This document shows, in pieces, positions 40,401 through 52,400 of a DNA stretch of 64,000 bases. Below the pieces are notes generated by a model. The model was not told where the DNA came from. It made no database searches and worked only from the letters and a program-made list of their open reading frames with translations. The stretch is taken from positions 124,001 to 188,000 of the forward strand of contig JAQGDQ010000124.1 in assembly GCA_030141605.1 (NCBI GenBank), given 5' to 3'. Numbering within the stretch: the first letter of the stretch is position 1; each line of letters starts with the position of its first letter. The position numbers and the translations under genes were made by a program. The stretch comes from Tubiluchus corallicola. Taxonomy: Eukaryota; Animalia; Priapulida.

Positions 40401-43400
40401 TTCGTCAATAAACATTATTGTACATAAAAGTGAGGAATTTTTATAGTCCTATTCAGCTGCCATTCGTTTGTTTGGCTTCCTATTTTTAAACTGAAGATGA
40501 AGACACGAACTTGTAATTTGGCTCAATGTTTGGGATTATGTTGTGTGTATGCCTACAGCTTCCTGATCTTGTTTATTTGTTTGTTTAATTTCATTGCGGT
40601 GATCTTCTTTTCATAAAAAGTCTTGCAGACTTACTGGCAATCGGATACATAATTAACAAGTACATGCTCATTTCTTCCCGAGCATCATTTTGTTTCCTAG
40701 AAAAAAATGTGGTGGTTCCTTCATCCCTTCACTCACTCACTCACTCTGTCCTTCACACCTTTCTCAACTCCAAAAGTATTTAACTAATTGAGGTGAAATT
40801 GGTAGGGTGATTATTTAGGATCACCTTGGTTCAAAACAGAAATTTTGTGGCCATCCATTCGTTAATTAGTTAGTTAATTTCAAGCATTTTGAAGATACAT
40901 TTACTTCAGAGCATTAAAGGACAGGACAAGCCATTTATCATATTTGGGTTTATTTTACTGTTGTCACGTAAACTTAAAAAATATAACTAAGAAATTTACG
41001 AAAAACTCTACAAAGCTTAAAGTTCATTTATGTTAGCCCTGTAGAGAAATTTTCGGGCGCGCTGGTTGCCGTCATTTACTTGGAAGTTATGACGTAACTG
41101 GTGGACTTCGTGACTTTTCATAAGGGCATCGAGGCTTTCCAGAAGCTCGAGCTGCTTAAGCTAATCCAAATGTTTACAACTTACCTATGTTCAGGCAGAA
41201 ATATCACAAAACTAGCTATTTTATTTCTTGTAAATCTTTTTTACTTCTGACGGAAATTGGCAGTGTGCTGCTTTTCTTTACGGCGAAATAGATGACATCA
41301 CTGGTTGAAGAATGGGCATTCAAAATGGGTGCACCCAAATGTTAAACAACTGTGACTTTAAACTGATTTTACTAACTACACGAGGTGCTTATCACACTTT
41401 TATTACTGAATTGTTCTAAAAAAATTTGCAATTATTCAAATAATTCTAACTTCCCAGAAGGTTTGGCCTTTAAATGCACGTTTCTAAAATCACCTTGTTA
41501 TTTCTGCTTGTGAAATTGAAAAATAACCAGCCACTAACAGAATTTCAGCCTTGCAGTTCATCATTTTTATGAAGATTAAGCTTTCATGTCAGTCAAGCTA
41601 CTCTATGCTCATTCATGTCATTTTTATTCACCTCATTAATCTCACTGCACCATATTTTATTTTAAGAGTAAGTAATTACGTATATTTTTCTTAAATATCT
41701 TATTGCCATTTTTTCCTACTATCGATTTTTTTAGAATCAGCTTCAAGCGATGTTGGCGATATTGTGGAGCTACAACCTAATGAGAACGGTTCGATGGATC
41801 TCAGGAGTAAGTAGAAATCTTCATTAATTCAACACAGTATGACGTTATACGACGGTATTCTTTAGTTGTTCTGCTGTAGATTTCTTAACTCTCTTATCTT
41901 CTACAATTATTATTATAGACCTGGAAGGTCCAGAAGAAGAAAATTTAGAAGAGGAGGAAGAAGAGGAACCTCCAGAAGAGCCTCCCGGGTAAATTTCCCT
42001 TCGCGTACTAAGTTATCTATATTAAATGTTTCTTCCAGCGTATAAAATTGGAAAAATGCATCAAATTTTATGGCTGATGTACTATGTTTGCATTTATATC
42101 TTACAAAAGTTTAAGATTCTTTTACGATTTCCCTAAAGAGTTTTATGATTTTTTGTCCTGAATTCACGCTTAACAGCAATTTCTTTGCCAGTGTTTGCTA
42201 TTGAGGTTAATCAAAATATTACTTTTTATAAGAACATTCTTTGTCGAGCTTCACTGTTTAGGCTTCGCAATTTGAACAAAAATGATTACACTCATATCTC
42301 GGTTTGCTGGACCTCGCTCTTACGGACATTGGAAAATTTGGACAAAATCTGGTCCATTAAAAAGTCCCGCATACTACGGACAGAGTCCATTATTTCGCTA
42401 GTTGGTGAAAAGCTACACATGCTGTTTGGATGTGAACAATGTGACGGCATGTGTAGCTTGTATGTCAGAATGTTTAGTGGTTTAATCAGCGTGTGTAAAT
42501 AGTTTAGAGTCAATTATGCACAGTTATTTGAGTCAATTTGATGACAGTTTTTATATGCTTTTACATAGGAGTGGACCGTACTAGACGTTTGTGAGACAGT
42601 TAGGCGATTGATCTGCATTATGTGAATCTGATACATGGCACCTACTGTATTAGCTTAATACCAGAAAATACAGATAATCAGCAAATTCGGACCGACGTCG
42701 TCCCCCTTTTGTCCAGCAAACCGAGATATGAGTGTAATACATTTCTTAATCAAAAACCCATAGAGATTTTTGTAGTTGACTTGTGAGCACACTGCTAATA
42801 AGCATAAAGAAGTGTTTGTTTTTACAGGTACACATTATACTTGAAACCATTCAAACAATTCTTTGACCACCTGCTCAGACCTGTGTACCAACTAACAGCT
42901 GACGTGTTTGTCTTTATGTTCTTCTGTGACTTCATCGCTTTTTTGATTGTGGTGTTTGGATATTCTGCTTTTGGAGTAAGTCTTATTTTGTAACAAAATA
43001 AGCTAAAGCAAGATATGGGGCTTGCAGAAAAATTTCATTGCTTTTCTAAAATAATTTTATATGGATGATTTTAAATAAACTAATGCGTGGTGAAATGCCC
43101 AATTTTATTAATTCTGTGATGATTTATCAAAAACTCTTTTATTTTATTCATTGTCCTCAAAAATATGATTATGGGTTTTATCCAAAATTAGCTTCCAGTC
43201 TGCAATTATGTAAGGCGGTAATTACTTTCGATACATAAATTATCTTCTGCATCTGTAAGTATTAGTATAGTACTTGCATTTACCCGACATTCTGCCCCAG
43301 GACCAATTATATTCAATAGCTATTTGCAGTTTGCATCCTCTTTAAGGAGTCTCTGACTCGTTACAAAATAGAACAATGTTAAAACTGATCGACTGGGCAT

Positions 43401-46400
43401 TATTTCATAATTTTGTAAATCCCGCATTTTGCCTTTTTTGACAAATCCTTAAATACTTTGGTCAATACCATGCAGTACTAAGCTCAGTCTGTGACGTCTC
43501 TCTTATTCTTTGCTCTATTTAATGCTGTTCTGGCTAAATACTTAATGCCATTAAATTAATTACTTTATTTACTCGTGTAACTTATAAAACACGTTTGTTG
43601 TTAATATTAATAAAGCAGCTGTGTTATAATGCAGTTTTTGCAGCATAGAGATGTTGACCATTCAGTAATGGATTAATGTAAACATTTGTGATTTATTTGC
43701 ATATTGTTTCAGAGTGCTACAGGCGGTACTGCATCTGATGTAGCTTCATACATCCAGGAAAACAAAGTAAGTTTACAGTTGTGCTCATAAAGGAGTAATT
43801 TAATTAAGTAAAATCTCTTTCACCTAAAATGTGTAGATTGTCGCTTTGAGTGAAAAGAACTAGAAGAAGATGTTCACCTGAGCTCACCTATCCAACTGCT
43901 GACTGTTGTCAAATGTGCTTAACTTCTGTAAACCTGTTGCTGTTCCTGTGGCAAAAGCTAACACAAATGCAGTAGAATTAACCTTTAAAAATATTATTAA
44001 TGTTGCTTAGTAACGGGAATATCAGATGAGAAGTTGCGGCTAAAAGACTCGAGAAAATGTACCAAGTTTTGTTCACAGATAATAGTTTCATTTAAAGCAA
44101 CTGCAGACCCAGTCTTAAACTGTAAGTCAAAGCAATCTATTCTTTAAAATATTGAATGGGAATATACTATTTTTTCAAAAATGACTTATGTGAAAGAATT
44201 ATTACCATACAAACACAATTTCACTAGTTCTTCACAGTTACATGCATTTCGCCATTCGCTAGTTTTGACGGGCACTAGTGCCTCCTCGAGAAAGAAGTGC
44301 TGTGCGTCTCAGTTCAGGTACGTTAGTTTGTGATGAACTACACATGTTCGACAGCTTGAGCACAGTAATAAATTTGAAATTTGAATTTTTATCTTAAAAC
44401 TTGTCTTAGTACAACTCACTGAATATCTTACAGTAGCACAGTACTTCAATTTTCGCTTTCGCAAACGTGTGCAACACACTCATGGAATGTTTTTGATGTT
44501 GAAGATTAAGTTAGTTTATAATGTCATCGCTAGTTGGGCTCGCCCGCCGTTAATTAAGATTTTAATCTGTTAAATAATTATCAGAAATGCTTTTGCAGTA
44601 TTAATTGTGTTAAAATGTATACTTTTTATCAAACTTGAAAATGAGGTCATATATGAAAAATCATCCTGTCTTCATTTAATTTTAAATACTGGGATGAATT
44701 CGCTATTGTATAAAAAACCTTGTGGTTGTACACCTTTACATCTTTTGTCATTCATTTCACATAGTATTGCACTACCTTTACTTGTTGCCTGCTGGCATTT
44801 TTAGATCCACGTTATGCAATTTATGTTTAAAGTTGATTGAAACAAACTTCTGATATTCAAAATTTTTCTTCTAGGTTCCCGTTCCATTTCTCATCATGCT
44901 GATTGCTCAGTTTGCACTGATTATCGTCGACAGAGCCATTTTCCTGCGTAAAAACATCATGGCGAAGTTGATTTTTCAATATATATTAGTGGTTGTTGTC
45001 CATTTATGGATGTTTTTCATTCTACCTGCTGTGACAGACAGGTGAGAAAAAATCAATGTTAAAACATGTACAAGAGAAATTTTTGCTTATTTAATAGTGA
45101 AGTTTTTCTTATGTGACCTGCAGTCCACAAAGCACAAGAAAACTGTTTACTTACAATAAAGCTAGAAAAAATTGTTTTGAAATTTTCTATCACCTACATG
45201 CTGTTTTATTTCATGCAGAGCTTGTATTAACAGGAACTCTGTGTAAAACTTGTAAATTTAAACTTCCATGATGATCTTTAGGCACATCCATTCTAACGGT
45301 ATACCATTTGAAACAAGTTTAGATAACATTGCGTAAAATTTGAAAAAATAGTCAAAGCATTTGTATTGTGCACTTTATTAACAAAGCAAAAGTTTATATT
45401 ACTTTATCTTGTCAGTAAGATTAAAAATGTGTTTTTTGGTAAGTCAATGGTGCACACTAGGAAGGTGAGTAAGTGACATTTTAGCAGTTAGCATGAATAT
45501 TTTAAATTACTAAGAATTTTTTTGGAAAGTTTTTTGGACATACTTTAAGATTGCCCTTTCTTCACCCTTTAAATCTTAATGAGTAAAGTACAGCCATCTT
45601 AAATACCATTTAACTTGCAACTGTTCAATAAAAAGAGATAAATGTCATTATTCTACAGGTTATTTATTGACAATGTGCCGGCTCAGCTTTGGTACTTTGT
45701 TAAGTGTGTATACTTTGTGCTGTCAGCATATCAGATCCGTGCCGGCTATCCCACGCGAATACTGGGCAATTTCTTGACGAAATCCTACAACTACATCAAT
45801 CTTATAGCCTTCAAAATGTGAGTCATTATTATTTTTTTTACTTTGTGTGTTTTGCTAATTTATGATAATTGTGAATAATTTTGGATACCTCTGCATGCTG
45901 TTTTTTCCTGTTCAATTCTACACTCGTAAACTTGAAAATGTAACCATGCTGAAATTAGTACCATAAACTTTTTTTACATTATAATAATATCATTGATATA
46001 AGACTATTCAGTTATGTGCAAGATGTAGTGGATTTACTGTGTGAGTCAGCTGATGTAGTAGCAACTGACTCAGCTTCAGCTGCTAATTATAAGTGATATT
46101 CTAAAGCAGTGGTGCATTGTACAAAAATCTTTGTACCAGACTTGTTAAACCTATTTTTAATAAATTTACCTTGTTTGTGTTAAATGGATTTGTTACTATT
46201 TTAGTTTCCTTCTGATCCCATTTGTGCTGGAGATGCGTGCCCTTATGGACTGGATGTGGACAGATACGACTTTAACCTTGTTCAACTGGCTAAAAATGGA
46301 AGATATTTATTCAAATATCTTTTGTTTGAAGTGTTATAGAAGGGCCGAGGCGGTAAGTATTTTCTGTTTCATTTTGTTCTGCTACTTCAAGCGTTGAAAA

Positions 46401-49400
46401 ATTGCCAGGTGGTGGTTAATTAAGGTCTCTCCTAAGCATCCAGGAAAGAAAACTACGTGCAAAAATATACAATATATTTGGTTTTTAAAAAAGAATTTGA
46501 AACTAAAGTTACTGAATGCATGAAACTTCTTGGTGTAAATTAAGTAATGGGTAACTGACCATACTTTAAGTTAATGGGACAGGTTAAGTTCCTAAGTTTT
46601 TTAGCAACTTGAATCCTGTCTAACGTAACAGTATACTTTTTAAGTGTGTTGTTTATTATTTGTCCAGTGTTGTACTATGTTATTATATATGAAGCAGTCT
46701 CATTTTTTAGCCACTGTAGCTCAGGCGTACTTACAGTAGACGTAATAAATTTCCTTTATAATATTGTCATCAAATTGTAATAAGCAGTTTGTTATCAACA
46801 AAACCTAATACGTTTCTTGCGCTGTCAAAGGCACATTTTCGAAGGTAACCGATAGACCAGTCTGTGCAACCTTAGGAAGACAAGATATTTGCAAATACAT
46901 AATGGAAAGCTATAATATAAAATTACAATCAGGTCAAGTTTATTGCCTAAACCACCTAGCCTTCAGTCGTTCATGTATGTGTGAAAGCTTTGTGTTGCTA
47001 AGGTTGCATTGCTATGAGTTACCTTTCACAGTGCACGAAATATGTCAGGTTGCATTGCTATGAGTTACCTTTCACAGTGCACGAAATACGTCAGGTTGAT
47101 AATGAATTACTTTTTGTAATTTGCCAACTATATTATAATGTTTATATCAAAGAAGTAGTTTTTGAATATAAACAATAAACAGTATTTTGTTAACATTAAC
47201 GTTTTTAGATTTTTGGAATTTTAATGTATGTCTGTACATTAGTATAATTTAGTTCTCATTTAATGATCCATTACATGTTGATAATAAATATACTTAACAA
47301 AAGAATGCCATGGTTTGTTGTACAAAAACCATTTAGTATGTATACATGCTTCTACTGAGGCTGCTTTTGTTTTCAGGCTTATCCCACCCCGCGAGGTGAA
47401 CGTCGGGGTGGAGGACTCAAATATCTGATGGGTGGAGGAATGTTGTTCCTTATCATTTTCTTCATCTGGTTTCCACTGGTTCTGTTTTCTCTTGGCAATG
47501 TGGTTGGTGTACACAGCCCGCCTATTGACTGCACTGTACAAATACAAATTGGTGGTTACGAGGTACACATGTTCTGTATTTTGTAATTAAAAAAGTAGGA
47601 CTGTTGTTGTCGTCATTGTTTTCACCAGTTGTATGCATCAATTCATCTGACTTTGATATAAAAATTGAATATCCATTGTAATTGTTGCATTTTGTGTTGG
47701 TCTTTTTTATTTATTTTTTTTACAAATGATCCAAACAAATGGTACACACTTATTTTAAAGCACTACAATAAGCAGGTGAAGATGAATGATAAAAAAGTTC
47801 AGGGATCTTTAAGTCCAAATGCGAGTCCAAGTCCACCACCCACGAGTCCAAGTCCACCCAAGTCCACCACCCATGAGTCCAAGTCTGTTAACTCCTTCAG
47901 GACAGCACCATTCAAAATAGGTCTTATAAGACCTATAACTGTTCTGCTATTATATGAGTACAGACACAACAATATGATTACAAATTAGGTACTGTTCTAT
48001 TCAGGAGGATATCGGCTATCCAATCATGCTATTTATTTGAACATTTATAAGTGATTTGATTGGATAAAATAAAAAAAGCATGCCCTTTTCAGGCACTCAA
48101 ACTTAGCCTTTTGAGTAGCTTAGTCTGGTGTGCACTTGCATGATCATAGTCACTAATTTATTGATCGCCTACTTGCTGCCAATCTGTGCAGTGTTATGCT
48201 GCTATGCCAGGAAAAACCAACCGATTAGCCAAGGACAAATTAAGGTCTTTCATCTTTTAACAAGAATTTTTTTTAAAAAATAGAGTGGACTTGAAGCGAA
48301 AGTTTGTCAGAGTGTTATGTCTGGATAGTTGAAATTTTCTGCATTAGCCACACAATGTGCACAAGTGATAATGTACATTGTTAATGTGCAAACACTGCAG
48401 TTTCATCAATAATATACTTTTAATTTGCTTAAAAGGTAAACAAATGCATTTCATATGTAATTTTGCATGAAAATCCATTGTGTGAGGAGTAGAAACCTAC
48501 AAGAATTATCAAAGTAATGTAATCATTGCTTAGTGAGAGTAGTTTTTCATGAACCCATGCAAAATGCAGCAAACTCTTGCAGTCCTGAGAAGTTAAGCAA
48601 ATGCAGGAAAATGTAGATAACACATAGGTAGTTAATTTCCATAACAAACCGAGACGCGATTTCAAACTTTTATTCCATCAAAATTTTTACACTAAATTGA
48701 CATTCTGCGCAGTGTTGATCTATGGCTTAGTAAGATATACGTTTCTCGAGTCAGAGTTCTAAGAAAGTTCTGCTTAAGTGCACTACGAGTTAATGACTCA
48801 AGTCTTCACTATTTGGGTGGAGGTATGTTTATATGTCCACAGAAACATTTGCTAGTTCTAGAAGGTATTTATTGATTTACTCTTGAATAATCTTTTAATT
48901 ATAACTAACAAACTTCATTTTGTTTTTCCTAAAAAGCATCTACTTTTTAATACTGTAGCCAATTTTCAAGATGAGTGCACAAGATCAAAATTTGTTTGAA
49001 TTTGATGAATACTCGTATGAGAAGCAGGTGGTTGAACCACTCAGAAAGAGCAAACAAAAGGTAAGTGAAGTAAAAAATCAGTATGTTTTTTCTCTTACTT
49101 GTGTACAAGCTTTATGCCGGTATGTCTGTGAACACTAAAAAACACGTCTGAAGCGAATAAATTCATTAGTGTTTCAATGCATATTTTTTCATTTTGGTAA
49201 GTTAGTATTGCAAAACTTAAACATTATTTTGCTGTTTTGTCATCTCTGGTTACATAACAGAATGAACTTGTAACGTTGTTGCAATTGCTACTATTTTGTG
49301 TTGCTATCCTAATATTGGTTTTAATCTAACCTGCCAGCTGTATGGATTTGTCCAAGTGTCATCATAGCTCTCTATCATAGCTAAAAAATTTAATACTTAA

Positions 49401-52400
49401 TTAAAAGTAACGCTAGCACTTCATTTTTTGGGTCAAACTTGCCTTTTGCTGAACTGTCATGAGAGTAAGTTCATGTGAATAATTTTTGTTCTGCTTTACG
49501 ATAAAAAACTACAAAGCTGCCAAGGATACCAATTATCCATAATCAGCAACTATTTTTACTGCCTTTTTCGTTTTGTTTAATTAATCATATTTAAAAATCT
49601 GTCACTGAGTCAATGCAAATTCGAAACACTTTGTAGCAGTTACTGCTTGTGTAGCTTACTTAATATCCAACTACGTTTTTGCCATCCGTAACTGCAGCTT
49701 TATTGCTGATGCCACCATATTCAATAACTCTATGACACATAGATGAAAACTGACTTAGAACTTCATTGGAAATTAATTTATGTTTTTAGTCAAATTTGAA
49801 TACACTTACGGTACGTTAACATGAAAGTGTTATATTGACTAGTGACTTTTCGTTTACACATCATATTTGCAGCTGCTGCAACACGTAACTGCAGCTTTAT
49901 TGCTGATGCCACCATATTCAATAACTCTATGACACATAGATGAAAACTGACTTAGAACTTCATTGGAAATTAATTTATGTTTTTAGTCAAATTTGAATAC
50001 ACTTACGGTACGTTAACATGAAAGTGTTATATTGACTAGTGACTTTTCGTTTACACATCATAAGTTTTATTAAGGATGTAACATGACAAACTAGGTTTGA
50101 AAAAGCCAGTTTCCAACTGACATGTTCTCCCCCAGTGGGAGCGAAATATTAGACAGTTGCAGAAAAAGAGTGACCACGATGTACAAAAAATTTTGCAATA
50201 AATATGAACAGTAATAAGATGAGCAAATATAGTTAAAATTATTTAAAGCGCTTAGTGTTTGAAATGAAAGACTGCACTAATACAATAATTTGAGTGTTCA
50301 CAGAATTATCTAAGGTAGAGTTCCCATACTGGAATAGATTCATGTGTTCATTTGTTTGCAAAACTGTAAAAATTTGTCTTAAAATCTGACATTAGTGTAG
50401 AGATTTGTCTCTTAATCATGTCTAACCTGATGGCAAAAAGGGCAGCTAATTAAGTAATGACCAACTGTTTCATAAGTAGAACCATATTGACAAGTAGGAG
50501 ACACCAGCGACCCATCGTAATTTTTTACATTTTCTGAGGTATAAGTTATGATTGACAAAAGCCAACTTTCAATCTAGTAAGGTGTACGGATGAATTTCGA
50601 CTGCCACTTGAGAAATACGTAGGGTGCTTATCAAAACACATGTGATTCTTTAGTCGACTAGTGACTTAGAAGTCCCATGAAAGCTATAGCACTGTGATTT
50701 ATGTTTTAGTATGCTCTGTCATTCGTGGAGCAATATGAACCAGTTGATGTGGTTGAGGTTATCATCGATGGCAATTCTACATCAGTCTGGCCATCAAGTC
50801 CACCTAGTAAAGAGGCTTTGATACAAGAGTTGGCTTACAGTGGGAGTAACATGCGTATGCGGTTCACTTACTCGTTTACGAGGTAAATTATCCTGCAATT
50901 ATTAACATCTTGAAAGCTGTTCAATATTGTGGTTCCCTGTCAGTTTAGTTTAGTAAAGATTTTTAATATTTTGGGAGTTCATAATTAGTACAAGACGTAC
51001 GTCACTACTTGAAATGTCAGTGAAAATAATTGGATATTTAACAGGTGTCTTTTGTTTGTGTTTATTGTACATTTCATTGTTGACATTTATTCATTATTCA
51101 CGAAGGGATTAAAGTCTACTTGAATTTGCATCTGTTTTAGTTTATTTAAGAAACAATAGTGTCTGAACTTCTAAATTAAATACGAGTTGCCTGTGCACGT
51201 TATAAAATTAGATGAAAAAAGACAGTTTTTAGGTGAATTAGAAGAAAAAAGGTGAATCCAGGTAAAAAAGCCTAACCCTAACAAATAGGCCCAACCCCAC
51301 CCTAGCCAAAATTGTGACTTTTTTCCTGTGACTTTATTACTTGTTGCCAAAAAGGTTTGTTAGGAAATCGAAAAGAAAAAGACAGAATTATGTTGGTGAA
51401 CTTTTTTGTAGTAATAATTATATTTAAGACTTCATCTGTAGCAAAATGCTATGCACTTCATTAGTTGTTTAGGTCTTATAATATATTTATTGCTTACAGG
51501 TCAATGGAAGGTGGTACTGCTGCACCAGTGGTTCAGTCTGAAAATATTATAAAGTTAGTACCTAACGATACTATAAGAATTGGATTAGCCAACCTATTAA
51601 ACGGGAGTCAAGCTGATCCTGTGTAAGTATTTTAAGTGGTTAAATGCAATTGTTCTTTGTTATTTCTAGATGTCTTTTAATGCTTGAACATTTTTTGATT
51701 GGTTTTTCCAAAATTTTTGTCTTTATCCTTGGCCAACAACTTGTGCGATATATATTTTTGCCTTGAGAAATTTACATGCATATTAAAACATGTTGTTAAT
51801 AGTAGTGCTTGTATACAGTTCAATTTTGCTGATTCCTAAATTGTTCTAATTCTTTATCATTAGAGCATTTTTACAGTTGTTGTAGAATCTATTTCACTTT
51901 TCCTCGTTGTAGAAATTGTTGACTGGCTAAAATTACTCAATAAATTTGCCGTCAATTTTCCATTCAGTTTTGTTCAATTCAAGTTGAACTGTAACTGAAA
52001 TTCTTGAACCTCAAATTGAATACATATTTCTAGTCACAGTTCGTTTGTTAAGGTGTTGGCAAAGTATTCTAACTTTATGAGCCGTATTTTAAACATTTAA
52101 GTGCTGTGTGAAACAGTAGCAATCGGGTTGAACAAGACGTGATAGCAGTTGATTTTTGTTAAGTTCTGCCAACAACTTTAAAACCAATCATTTTTATTAT
52201 AGCTGATTTTCTTATGCTTAAAACTTTAAAAAAGTTTCTTTTTTTAGCTATGTTCCACACATGTATCCCAAGTACCTTCAAGTCATGACTGATAAAGTTC
52301 GTCCAGCATCCCAACTTTTACCAAGTAAGTTGAGTTTGGCATTCTTGAAAATTAAAAATACTTGCTAACAAAATTACGCAAACTGGTGGACTATATGGGA

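Noticed and set aside
47815-47885. Pro/Ser-rich ORF segment
   Set aside because: Arises from short GAGTCCAAGTCC repeats, probably a transposon remnant
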